This document shows, piece by piece, positions 1-8,798 of a DNA stretch of 64,000 bases. The notes under the pieces were generated by a model that was given only the letters and a program-made list of their open reading frames with translations, had not been told where the DNA came from and did no database searches. Source of the DNA: Deltaproteobacteria bacterium (lineage in GTDB: Bacteria; Myxococcota; UBA727; VGSZ01); contig JACOUT010000005.1 in assembly GCA_016177705.1 (NCBI GenBank), forward strand, positions 94,374 to 158,373, written 5' to 3'. Position 1 is the stretch's first letter. Each line of letters begins with the position of its first letter. A program made the position numbers and the translations under genes.

Positions 1-604
1 CGGGGTGCGTGTGCCCGCGACGACGCTGTTTCGCTTCTGGTCGATGCTGGCGCACTACCACGCGCAGCTGTGGAACGGCGCAGAGCTCGCGCGCGCATTC
101 GCGATGTCGGAGACCGCGGTGCGGCACTATCTCGACGTGCTGAGCGACACCTTCATGGTCCGCCAGCTCACCCCCTGGCACGAGAACCTCAAGAAGCGAC
201 AGGTGCGCTCGCCCAAGGTGTACCTGACCGACTCTGGGCTGCTGCACGTGCTGCTCGGCGTCGCCGACGGACAGCAGCTCGAGCGGCACCCCAAGGTCGG
301 CGCCTCGTGGGAGGGGTTCGCGCTCGAGCAGGTGGTCGCGCGGCTGGGCGTGCGTAGGGAGCAATGCTTCTTCTGGGCCACGCACCAGGGGGCCGAGCTC
401 GACCTGTTCGTGCTCAAGGGCGGCAAGCGGCTTGGCTTCGAGATCAAGCGAACCACGGTGCCGCGCGTGACCAAGTCGATGAGGGTCGCCGGCAGCGATT
501 TGGGGCTGGCCAGGCTCGACGTCATCTATGAGGGCACCGACACCTATCAGCTCGACGAGCGCATTCGGGCGGTGCCGCTGTCGCGGGTGTTCGACGACGT
601 GTGA
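1..604 (+). CDS. AAA+ ATPase C-terminal fragment (DUF4143-like); the 5' end lies outside the window
   Basis: The ORF is in frame from the window edge to a stop at 604. The translation (LTDSGLLHVLLGV...WATHQGAELDLFV...RLDVIYEGTD) resembles the C-terminal domain of COG1373-type ATPases. Confidence 0.5.
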   Translation, partial: GVRVPATTLFRFWSMLAHYHAQLWNGAELARAFAMSETAVRHYLDVLSDTFMVRQLTPWHENLKKRQVRSPKVYLTDSGLLHVLLGVADGQQLERHPKVGASWEGFALEQVVARLGVRREQCFFWATHQGAELDLFVLKGGKRLGFEIKRTTVPRVTKSMRVAGSDLGLARLDVIYEGTDTYQLDERIRAVPLSRVFDDV

Positions 605-932
605 GCTTGCCGTGGAAGGCGACGCGCGTTGCGCCGGGGGGTGCAGGGCGGAGCGGGTGGCGGGTGGTCGCCGCCGCGCCGCTGGTCCTCGGCCCCTTCA
701 CGTCCGAGCAGGTTTGCGCGGCCGCCGCCGGCTCTTGTCGGTCGCGGCGTACGGCGACGGTGGTGCCGAGGATCGGCGGTACCTGCATGTCGGTGTCCGG
801 CGTGCGGTCGGTGTCGTCACGCGGGTGGTGGAGGGTTGGGGCGGAGGTGCGGGCCTGCGGGCGCGGCACGTCGACGACCACCCGCCCCCCGCTCCTGGTG
901 CCACGCTCGCAAGGTCAGCCACGAGAGGAGCG

Positions 933-2177
933 CTACCAGCAGAGTGGCGGCGGGCGCGCCCGTCGTCGCCTCACCGCAGTCGCAGGACGACGGCGGCGCG
1001 GGCGGCGGCGGCGGCGGCGCTTGGGCCTCGTGTCCGAACGACAGCGGCACGTCGACGGTGTGCGCGCCGAGCGTGGCGCGCAGGGTCGCGGAGTGCTCGC
1101 CGGCCGTGTCGCGCTGCGAGTACGTTGGTCGAAGCAAGCGCCACGTCTTGCCGCGACGCTTTGGGGCGCCGGTGCACCGAACACGAAGTCAATCCCGGCC
1201 ACCGGGTCACCCAGCTCGATTGCGCCTTCTACGACGGACCAGTGGACGGGCGCGGCGTCGGCGCGGGTGCCGTCGGCGAGCCAGACGAACGCGAGCGCGC
1301 CGGCCGGCACCGCGTGCGTGCGGTCCTCCTCGGTGGTGGTCCAGACAATGGTGACCTCGAGCGCAGCCACCTGGTCCTCGCCGACTGCGCGCAACGTCCC
1401 CGCGCGCAGTGGGCCGTCCAGGGTGTCGACCAGCAGCGTCGCGCGCGCCCCCTCGTCGACGACGTGCAGGCGCGCGCTGCCGCCGGGCACCTCGGGCTCG
1501 AGCCGAACTCTCTCTCCGCGCGGGTCGGCAGCGACGCGCACCGCGCCGTCAAAGGCCACCTTCCTCCCGTCCGCGCGGCGCACCAGCTCGACGTCGATCG
1601 GCAGCCACGTCTCCGCCACCACGGTCACGACGTCGCGGCCGCGCCCGAGGTCGTCGGGCAGGGGCGCGCCCGTGCTGATGTAGCTGTCGTCGCTGGCAGC
1701 CCAGAGCGCGAGGCGTTCGGGCGCGAGAAAGGCCTGCGCCTCCACCTCGTCGGCGCCGACCACGGTGAACAGGAATTGGTCGGCCGGCAGCATGACCGCT
1801 CTGCCGTCGATCAGGCAGGTGGCGCCGCCGAGCGCCCAGGTAGCGGTGCCCGGCGCGGTGAACTCGAGGCAGCGGTCGCGCACGACGAGACTGGCGCTGC
1901 TCCAATCTCCGAGGCACCGAGCGACGTTCGCAGGGCCCGTCACTACGTTCTCGCCCTTGCAGCCAAGGCAGCGCACCGTCCCACACGTGCGCGAGCCCGC
2001 CAGCACCGGCCCGCCGGTCCACGCCCCGACGAGCGCGTCACCCGTGCCGAGGCCAGTGCCCTCGAACGCATAGTTGAGGCGCTCCGAATAGACGCGCACC
2101 GGCGGGCAGCCACTGGCTGCAGCGACGAGCACCAACGCCGTGATCGCTGCTCGCAGCACCAACCACCCCCGTCGCAC
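933..2177 (-). CDS. putative lipoprotein of unknown function
   Basis: ATG at 2177. The N-terminus MRRGWLVLRAAITALVLVAAASGC reads as a signal peptide with a lipobox Cys. The last ~80 aa are Arg/Pro-rich low complexity, so the true 3' end is uncertain (possible frameshift or shadow read-through). Confidence 0.4.
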   Translation of the reverse strand: MRRGWLVLRAAITALVLVAAASGCPPVRVYSERLNYAFEGTGLGTGDALVGAWTGGPVLAGSRTCGTVRCLGCKGENVVTGPANVARCLGDWSSASLVVRDRCLEFTAPGTATWALGGATCLIDGRAVMLPADQFLFTVVGADEVEAQAFLAPERLALWAASDDSYISTGAPLPDDLGRGRDVVTVVAETWLPIDVELVRRADGRKVAFDGAVRVAADPRGERVRLEPEVPGGSARLHVVDEGARATLLVDTLDGPLRAGTLRAVGEDQVAALEVTIVWTTTEEDRTHAVPAGALAFVWLADGTRADAAPVHWSVVEGAIELGDPVAGIDFVFGAPAPQSVAARRGACFDQRTRSATRPASTPRPCAPRSARTPSTCRCRSDTRPKRRRRRRPRRRRPATAVRRRRARPPPLCW

Positions 2178-2596
2178 GCGCCGCGCCTCTCAGTGATGGT
2201 ACCGGCCCGACGACGCACCGCCAACGCGAGGGGCGCCCGCGTCGTCGGGGAGCTCGTTCCATGAGATTCCGCCGCCGCCGGCACGAGGAGCGGGAGGCAG
2301 GGGGTCGGGTCGCGCCGCGCCCGGAGGCCCAGCACGCGGCGTGGGAGTGCCACCACCCCGCGAGACGACGCCAATTGCACGCCGGGCCAGGAAGGCGCAG
2401 CGCTCCGCCCCTCGGCACGCCCCAACCGAACGCCACGACCGACAAGAGCTGGCGGCGGCCGCGCGACCCGGCACGCGGGACCAAGGGCCGAGGACCAGCG
2501 GCGCGGCCCGACTCCCTGCCTCCCGCTCCGCCCTCCACGTCGCCACCGCCCGCTCCGCGCGCCCCCTGCCGTCGTGGATCCTGCTAGGCTGCCCCC

Positions 2597-3127
2597 GTGC
2601 TCGCCGCCCTCCTCGTCGTCACGCTGGCCGCGCCAGCCGAAGTCCCCCCGGTCGAAGGACCGGTGACGGTCGCGCCTGATGCGCCGACCGCCGCCGAGAC
2701 CACGACACCAGCGACCCCGCCCGACGTTGATGAGCTGCCACCGGCGCGGCCGCGACGCGCGCCACCCGATATCGACACGCTGCCGCCGCCCTCCTCCGGC
2801 CTGATCGAGCTGCTCGGCCCTCTGTTCAAGACCATGCTGATGCTGGCCGTGGTGGTCGGCATCGCCTACCTGACGCTGCACAAAGGCCTCGGCAAGCTGG
2901 TTGCGCGGCAGAACCTCGGCCGGCGCATCAAGGTGGTCGAGCGCGTCTCGCTCGACCCCAAGCGCACGCTCTTTCTCGTCGAGCTCGACGGCAAGCAGAT
3001 GCTGCTCGGCGCGGGTGAAGGGGGCGTGGTGCACCTGAAGGACCTCGGAGCGACCACGCCGACCGCGCCCACCGAGCCCGCCACCTTCGCGGCAGCGCTC
3101 GAGGCCAAACGATCGGAGAGCACGTGA
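2597..3127 (+). CDS. FliO-like export-apparatus protein (Pro-rich N-terminus, single TM)
   Basis: GTG start. A single TM segment (LMLAVVVGIAYLTL) is followed by RIKVVERVSLDPKRTLFLVELDGKQMLLGAGEGGV, which resembles the FliO family core. Its stop overlaps the GTG of the next gene (GTGA), indicating translational coupling. Confidence 0.5.
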   Translation: MLAALLVVTLAAPAEVPPVEGPVTVAPDAPTAAETTTPATPPDVDELPPARPRRAPPDIDTLPPPSSGLIELLGPLFKTMLMLAVVVGIAYLTLHKGLGKLVARQNLGRRIKVVERVSLDPKRTLFLVELDGKQMLLGAGEGGVVHLKDLGATTPTAPTEPATFAAALEAKRSEST

Positions 3128-3993
3128 AGCACCGCATCCGCGCCCTGCGCCAAGCGCTGCGCTCGCCCAAGGACGCGAGTGGTTGCGTCCGCGCTGCACG
3201 CCTCGTGGGCATCGTCGGCTTCGCGTTCTTCGTCGTGTCGCTGGCGCCCGCCATCGCGCTCGCCAAGAAGGGTGGCGGGACGGCGCTCGGCTCCGACATC
3301 CAGACGCTGCTCGGCAACGACTCGGTGTCGAACCGCCCGCTGATCCTGATGACGGCGATGGCCGGCCTCGCGCTCGTGCCCTTCGTCGGCATGATGGTGA
3401 CGAGCTTCGTCAAGATCGCCGTGGTCCTGTCCATCACGCGCCAGGCCATCGGCACACAGCAGGCGCCGCCGACGACGGTGGTGACCGGCATGGCCATCAT
3501 CCTCACGGTCTACGTCATGCAGCCGGTGGGCCTGCAGATCTACAACCGCGTCGACAAGCTGATCGAGATCCGACGCGGCGGCGACCTGCTCGAGAAGGAG
3601 AACGTCGATCTCATCGTCGAGGCGCTCAAGCTCGCCAAGGAGCCCATCAAGGCCTTCTTGATGAAGAACAGCTCCGAGAAGGATCGGCAGATGTTCTACC
3701 GCGTGGCCTATCGGCTGCGCGCCGCCGAGGACCGCGAGGCCCTGGCCGCCGACGACATGGTGATCATCGTGCCGGCCTTCGTCATCTCGGAGCTGACCAA
3801 GGCCTTCCAGATAGGGTTCATCATCTTCATACCGTTCCTGGTGATCGACATGGTGGTGTCGAACATCTTGATGGCGCTCGGCATGCAGATGTTGTCGCCG
3901 ACGACCATCAGCCTACCGTTCAAGATATTGCTCTTCGTCCTCGTCGACGGCTGGTACCTGATCACCCGCGGCCTCGTGCTCGGGTACCAGTGA
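3124..3993 (+). CDS. sctR: type III secretion / flagellar export gate protein SctR (FliP family)
   Basis: The translation carries the hallmark FliP/SctR segments MMVTSFVKIAVVLSITRQAIG, PPTTVVTGMAIILTVYVM and PFLVIDMVVSNILMALGMQMLSP, and the protein is polytopic. Confidence 0.9.
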   Translation: MKHRIRALRQALRSPKDASGCVRAARLVGIVGFAFFVVSLAPAIALAKKGGGTALGSDIQTLLGNDSVSNRPLILMTAMAGLALVPFVGMMVTSFVKIAVVLSITRQAIGTQQAPPTTVVTGMAIILTVYVMQPVGLQIYNRVDKLIEIRRGGDLLEKENVDLIVEALKLAKEPIKAFLMKNSSEKDRQMFYRVAYRLRAAEDREALAADDMVIIVPAFVISELTKAFQIGFIIFIPFLVIDMVVSNILMALGMQMLSPTTISLPFKILLFVLVDGWYLITRGLVLGYQ

Positions 3994-4003
3994 GGAGGCC
4001 CGC

Positions 4004-4276
4004 GTGAGCATCCAGGACTTCATCGTCCAGATCACCAACGAGGCCATCCTGATCACCATCATGGTGTCGATGCCGGCCGTGCTGCTCAGCCTGTTCATCG
4101 GCGTCGCCGTCGCCATCTTCTCGGCGACCACGCAGATCCAGGAGCAGACGCTGTCGTTCGTGCCCAAGATGATCGGCGTGTTCGCCATCCTGGCGGCTAC
4201 CGGCCCGTGGGTCGGCGCCACCATGATCCGCTTCGCCGCGCGCTGCCTGGGCGGCTTCCTCGACGTCATGGAGTAG
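4004..4276 (+). CDS. sctS: type III secretion / flagellar export gate protein SctS (FliQ family)
   Basis: 90-aa two-TM protein with a typical FliQ/SctS layout (ITIMVSMPAVLLSLFIGVAVAIFSATTQIQEQTLSFVPK). A GGAGG lies 6 nt upstream of the GTG start. Confidence 0.85.
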   Translation: MSIQDFIVQITNEAILITIMVSMPAVLLSLFIGVAVAIFSATTQIQEQTLSFVPKMIGVFAILAATGPWVGATMIRFAARCLGGFLDVME

Positions 4277-4281
4277 CGCCC

Positions 4282-5103
4282 ATGCAGAACTTGATGGGCG
4301 CGCTCGCCGAGCAGGTCGACTTCACGCGCACCATCATCGTGTTCGCGCTCATCATGGCGCGCATCATGGCCATCGTGGTGCTGGTGCCGTTCCTGGGCGG
4401 CAAGAACGCGCCCATGGAAGTGAAGATGGGCGTCGGCGTCACGCTCACCATGCTGCTGTGGCCGACGGTGCTGGCCAACCTCGACCCCGACGCCGGTCTG
4501 CCGCTCAACCCGCTCGGCTTCCTGCTGATGATGATGAAGGAGACCTTCGTCGGCCTGGTGATCGGCTTCGTCGCCTCCAAGGTGTTCTACATCGTCGAGA
4601 TCGCTGGCCAGTTGATCGACATCCTGCGCGGCGCCAACCAGATCCAGTTGCAGGTGCCCGAGATCGAGGAGCGCAGCTCCGCCTTCGGCTCGCTGCAGTT
4701 TCAGCTCTTGCTGGCGCTCTTCCTGGCGCTCGAGCTGCATCGGCCCTTTTTCGCGGCGTTGTTCGAGAGCTTCGTGGCCGTGCCCATCAACGACTTCCCG
4801 CACTTCCAGGCGGGCTTCGGCCCCTTCGTCGACTACACCGCGCGCATCACCGCCGACGTGCTCGTCATCGCCGTGTTGCTCGCCATGCCTACCGGCATCG
4901 TCACGCTCATCATCGAGACCGGCTTCGGCCTCATCAACCGCGTGTCGCCCCAGATCAACGCGTACTTCATGGCCATGCCCGCCAAGGTGCTCGGCGGCTG
5001 TCTGGTGTTCTTCCTCTCCATCGACCTGATCCTCGAACAGATGCTCGGGCACTCGGTGCGCATGCTCGAGCACGTCGACGCCGTCATCGAGCTGATGGAG
5101 TAG
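4282..5103 (+). CDS. sctT: type III secretion / flagellar export gate protein SctT (FliR family)
   Basis: The ATG lies just after the sctS stop. A polytopic ~273-aa protein with FliR-like segments (FALIMARIMAIVVLVPFLGG, FVGLVIGFVASKVFYIVEIAGQLIDI, VSPQINAYFMAMPAKVLGG). Confidence 0.85.
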   Translation: MQNLMGALAEQVDFTRTIIVFALIMARIMAIVVLVPFLGGKNAPMEVKMGVGVTLTMLLWPTVLANLDPDAGLPLNPLGFLLMMMKETFVGLVIGFVASKVFYIVEIAGQLIDILRGANQIQLQVPEIEERSSAFGSLQFQLLLALFLALELHRPFFAALFESFVAVPINDFPHFQAGFGPFVDYTARITADVLVIAVLLAMPTGIVTLIIETGFGLINRVSPQINAYFMAMPAKVLGGCLVFFLSIDLILEQMLGHSVRMLEHVDAVIELME

Positions 5104-5105
5104 CC

Positions 5106-5867
5106 CTACTTGAGCTGGAACAGCGTGGCGTCGAAGGCCATGTTGCGGTCGACCTGCGACACCGAGGTACGACGCACCAGCTTGTCGTCGACCCAGACCT
5201 CGACGGTCGACGGAAACCACACGCCGCCGATGGGCGAGCCCCAGCCGAGGTAGCGCACGTCGGTGCGCTGCAGGGCGTTGCCCTCGCCCTTCTGCACCAT
5301 CACGACGCGCGCGACCAACAGCGTGTCCTTGTCGAGCCACACTTGCGGCTTGTCCTTCTCCCAGGGCTTCGAGCCGATCAAATAGGCGATGCGGCCGTCG
5401 AAGCGCGCGAACGACACCACCTCGGGGCTGACGCCGAGCGTCTTGAGGTCGCGCAGCATGCGCTCGACCGCGCGATCGGCGTCGAGCGGAGGCGAGGCGG
5501 TGACCAGATCGAACAGCAGGTCGACCGGCGCTTTGCTGGTCTTGTCGGGCTGGCCGGGCTGCTTGAGCATGGTCTTGTCGTCGAGGCGCAGCTCGACCCG
5601 CGCGCCGTCTGGCAGCTCCGACTCGCGCCGCATGCTGCCGGGCGCCTGGTAGAGCAGGCGCTCGGCGAACGCCGGGCCGCGCGCGGCGCCGGCGGCGTCG
5701 AACAACTGCGTCTCGGCCTCCACCTGTAGCGTCTTGGTGCCGCGCTCGGTCTGGCGCTCCATCGACTTCTGCAACAGCAAGCGCGCCGGCGGGCGGTAGG
5801 CGCTCGCGGCGCCGGCAAGCGTAAGGGCGCCGAGCAGCGCGCACCCGACGACGGCACGCAGCTTCAC
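5106..5867 (-). CDS. secreted protein of unknown function (possibly a LolA/LppX-like fold)
   Basis: The N-terminal signal peptide is MKLRAVVGCALLGALTLAGAASA. The gene is convergent with sctT and no catalytic motif was recognised. Confidence 0.45.
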   Translation of the reverse strand: MKLRAVVGCALLGALTLAGAASAYRPPARLLLQKSMERQTERGTKTLQVEAETQLFDAAGAARGPAFAERLLYQAPGSMRRESELPDGARVELRLDDKTMLKQPGQPDKTSKAPVDLLFDLVTASPPLDADRAVERMLRDLKTLGVSPEVVSFARFDGRIAYLIGSKPWEKDKPQVWLDKDTLLVARVVMVQKGEGNALQRTDVRYLGWGSPIGGVWFPSTVEVWVDDKLVRRTSVSQVDRNMAFDATLFQLK

Positions 5868-6754
5868 GCTCGCTCCGCCTCGGCGATCAACTGCCGCATG
5901 AGCGCGACCGTGCCGTCCTTGAGCTCGGGCCTGCCGAGCGCTTCGAGCAGGTTGGCCTCGAGGAAGCCGAGCTTGTCGCCGGCGTCGACGCGCCGCCCGT
6001 CGACGATGACGCCCATCAGGCCTTGGCGCTCGCGCAGCACATCGAGCGCGTCGGTGAGCTGGATCTCGCCGCCCTTGCCCGGCTTGGTGGCCTCGAGGAT
6101 GGCCCAGATGTCGGGCGGCAAGACGTAGCGGCCGACCACGGCCTTGTCGGTCTTCTCGGTGCCCTTGGGCGGCTTCTCGACGAGCGCGCTGATGCGAAAG
6201 CGGTGCGGCCCCTCGCTCGCGCCCTCGGCGGCGCCGTACTTGTGGATCTCGTCCTTCGGCACCGTCATGAGCGCCACCTGGCCAAGCCCCGTCTCGGCGA
6301 ACGCGTCCATCAACTGGCCGATTCCCGGGCGCTTGTCGGGCGCGGTGCGGTAGAGGTCGTCGCCGAGCAAGACGGCGAAGGGCTCGTCCCGGATGACCGC
6401 CTTGGCCGACAGCACCGCGTGGCCGAGCCCGAGCGCGACCTTCTGGCGCACCGACGAGATCTGGCCGAGGCGCGAGATCTTGCGGAGCATCTCGGCCTCG
6501 GCGCTCTTGCCGCGCTTGTCGAGCGTGTCCTCGAGCTCGTAGCTGGTGTCGAAGTGATCCTCGATGGCGCTCTTGCCGCGCCCCTGGATCAAGACCACGT
6601 GCTCGATACCCGACGCGAACGCCTCCTCGACCACGTACTGCAACGTGGGCTTGTCGACGATCGGCAGCAGCTCCTTCGGCACCACCTTGGTGGCGGGAAG
6701 GAAACGGGTGCCGAGCCCCGCGACGGGGATGACGGCTTGCCGGACCCGGGCCAT
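5864..6754 (-). CDS. galU: UTP--glucose-1-phosphate uridylyltransferase
   Basis: N-terminus AVIPVAGLGTRFLPATKVVPKELLPIVDKP, later VLLGDD and EKP motifs, and a length of 296 aa together give a classic GalU. Confidence 0.9.
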   Translation of the reverse strand: MARVRQAVIPVAGLGTRFLPATKVVPKELLPIVDKPTLQYVVEEAFASGIEHVVLIQGRGKSAIEDHFDTSYELEDTLDKRGKSAEAEMLRKISRLGQISSVRQKVALGLGHAVLSAKAVIRDEPFAVLLGDDLYRTAPDKRPGIGQLMDAFAETGLGQVALMTVPKDEIHKYGAAEGASEGPHRFRISALVEKPPKGTEKTDKAVVGRYVLPPDIWAILEATKPGKGGEIQLTDALDVLRERQGLMGVIVDGRRVDAGDKLGFLEANLLEALGRPELKDGTVALMRQLIAEAERA

Positions 6755-6761
6755 GGCCGGC

Positions 6762-6947
6762 TCAGAAGCGCTGGGCGATGGCGGGCGCTACGGCGGCGAT
6801 GGGCGCGGCAGCGGGCGCGCGCGGCATCACGCGGTCGCTCACCGGGAGCGCGCCGGTCGGGATGTTGCCGGTGGGGCACGGGCAGCAGCAGGCGACGGCG
6901 ACGACGGCGGTGACGACGACCACAACGATGAGCTTCAGGTTCTTCAT
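6762..6947 (-). CDS. small hydrophobic Cys-rich peptide (61 aa), hypothetical
   Basis: The ATG sits immediately after an (AGGAAC)n SD-like repeat. The translation is MKNLKLIVVVVVTAVVAVACCCPCPTG..., and the ORF ends 8 nt upstream of the galU start. Confidence 0.3.
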   Translation of the reverse strand: MKNLKLIVVVVVTAVVAVACCCPCPTGNIPTGALPVSDRVMPRAPAAAPIAAVAPAIAQRF

Positions 6948-7007
6948 TTCCTGTTCCTGTTCCTGTTCCTGTTCCGTTCCGAAAACGACGCTGCGAAAAC
7001 GACGCTG
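6948..7007. repeat. simple-sequence repeats: (TTCCTG)x4 plus TTCCG x2, then a 14-nt direct repeat AAAACGACGCTGCK x2
   Basis: The repeats were read directly from the sequence. They lie between the stop of the FrzS-like gene (7008) and the ATG of the small ORF (6947); on the minus strand they read (CAGGAA)n. Confidence 0.9.
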
Positions 7008-8630
7008 CTATTCCGCGTCCAGCTGATCGATGTCCAAGTCCACGTCTTTCGCGCCGGTGTCTACGTCACCGTTCAACAGCGTGAAAGCGATCTCGACGGC
7101 CTTCTTGGCCTTCTCGCGCACGGTCTCTTCGGTCTTGAGGCGCTGGTAGGCCTTCATGGCCCGCTCCTCCTGCGTGCGTGCCTCGGTCTCGAGCTCCTTG
7201 ACCTTGGCTTCGGCCGCCACCTTGGCCTTGCGCTCGTCGCCCGCGTCCACCTTGGCGCGGTCGACGTCCATCTTGAGCCGTTCCTCGAGCTGCTTGGCGC
7301 GCTCGAAGTCGCCCTTGACCCTTTGGGCCTCGGCGCGCGCGGTCTCGAGCTGCCCGCGCAGCTCCTCGCGCTCGTTCTCCGCATTTGCCAGCCGATTGTT
7401 GACCTGCTCCTCGAGCTGGTCGCGCTCCTCGGTGAGCGCGTCCACCTTGGCGCGCAAGCCGGACAGCTCGGCGTCCTTCTCGGAGGCGACCTTGCCCTTG
7501 GCTTGCGTCTCTGCCTGTGCGCGCTCGAGCTGCTCTTGCAGCTCGACGATGCTCTTGTCCTTCTCGAGCTCGCCGTCGCGCAGCGCGTCCATTTCCTTGT
7601 CCTTGGCGCGCAGTTGCTCCTTGAGCGCCAACACCTCGCGCGCGGACGAGCCTCCTCCGCCGCCGCCGCCGGCGGACGCGAGCTGAGCGTCCTTCGCCCG
7701 CATGCTGTCGTCCGCGGCGCGCAGCTTGGACTCGAGCTCTGCCACCTTGGCCTTGAGGTCGGAGCTCTCGCGCCGCAGCTGCGAGAGCTGCTGCAAGTCG
7801 GCCGACGACGTCGGCGGCGTGGTGGTGGCTGGCCGCGGCGCTTCGGTGGCCGGTCGCGGGGGCGGCACGGCCGCTTTGGGAGGCTCGGGCGCGCGCACCG
7901 GCGCCGGCGCTGGCTTCGGCGCCTCGGCGGCCGGCGCGATGGCGTCGAACGCGTCGTCGAAGCCGTCGTCCTTGACCGACGGCAGCTCCAGATCGTCGAG
8001 GCCGGGCACGGCGCTCGCCGGCGACTCGCTCTTGCCGAGGTCGTCGAGGCTGTTGAGCAACGCGTCGTCGTCGGGGGTGAGCCCGAGCGACGCCGAGGCG
8101 TCGCCAACGTCGAAGCTGGCCAGGTCATCGTCCTTGAGCTGCACGGCGCTTTCGCCGCCGCTCGACGCGGGCCCGAGGTCGAGGTCGGCGCCGAGCGACT
8201 CGAGCGCGTCGAGCGCGCTGTCGGCCTCCGGCGACGGGGCTGCAGCCGCACCGCCCGCGGGCAGCGGGATGAGCGCGCCGATCTTATCGACCAGCTCGCC
8301 GTCGGAGAACGGCTTGATCAGGTAGTCCTCTGCGCGGGTCTTCAGCTTCTTGTGCTGCGCGAAGGTCTCGGGCGTCGCTTCCTTGGACGTGATGATCAGT
8401 GGGATGTTCTTGAGATCGTTGTCCTTCTTGAGCTTGTTGCAGATGGAGTAGCCGCTCATCTTCGGCAGCTCGACGCACAGCACGATCAAGTCGGGCCTGC
8501 TGTCTTTCGCGAAGTCGAGGCCGTCCTTGCCGTCGTCGAGCAGCTTGACCTGGAAGCCGCGCCCCTTGAGCGTGCCCGCCAGGTTGTCGGCGAACGGCTG
8601 TTCCGCGTCGATGAGGAGGATCCCGCCCAC
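7008..8630 (-). CDS. FrzS/AglZ-like protein: N-terminal pseudo-receiver domain plus a long coiled coil
   Basis: GTG start at 8630 preceded by GGAGAA. The REC-like N-terminus (ILLIDAEQP...PDLIVLCVELPKMSGY...IPLIITSKEA...YLIKPF) has Cys where the phospho-acceptor Asp normally sits. An Ala/Pro-rich linker is followed by ~250 aa of heptad-rich coiled coil. Confidence 0.7.
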   Translation of the reverse strand: MGGILLIDAEQPFADNLAGTLKGRGFQVKLLDDGKDGLDFAKDSRPDLIVLCVELPKMSGYSICNKLKKDNDLKNIPLIITSKEATPETFAQHKKLKTRAEDYLIKPFSDGELVDKIGALIPLPAGGAAAAPSPEADSALDALESLGADLDLGPASSGGESAVQLKDDDLASFDVGDASASLGLTPDDDALLNSLDDLGKSESPASAVPGLDDLELPSVKDDGFDDAFDAIAPAAEAPKPAPAPVRAPEPPKAAVPPPRPATEAPRPATTTPPTSSADLQQLSQLRRESSDLKAKVAELESKLRAADDSMRAKDAQLASAGGGGGGGSSAREVLALKEQLRAKDKEMDALRDGELEKDKSIVELQEQLERAQAETQAKGKVASEKDAELSGLRAKVDALTEERDQLEEQVNNRLANAENEREELRGQLETARAEAQRVKGDFERAKQLEERLKMDVDRAKVDAGDERKAKVAAEAKVKELETEARTQEERAMKAYQRLKTEETVREKAKKAVEIAFTLLNGDVDTGAKDVDLDIDQLDAE

Positions 8631-8798
8631 ACGTTCTCCTGCAAGATCCCGCCGGGGGGATCGCGGCCACACTAGTTTGCGTGGACGGGCGGCGTCAAAG
8701 GCTGGGGCCACCCCGTCCGGCGTGCCGAAAGCGAGCCGCGACGGGCGCTTGCGGCCGAGTGCCATCCCGGTTAACGCCCTTGGGAACGGAGGACGACC

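Noticed and set aside
3913-5844. 643-aa ORF on the minus strand, antisense to sctT and the neighbouring gene
   Set aside because: The translation is Arg/Ala/Gly/His-rich low complexity. It is a typical shadow ORF of high-GC DNA opposite well-supported genes.
6564-8675. 703-aa ORF on the plus strand across galU and the FrzS-like gene
   Set aside because: The translation is a low-complexity Leu/Gly/Arg-rich string. It is antisense to two genes with clear family signatures.
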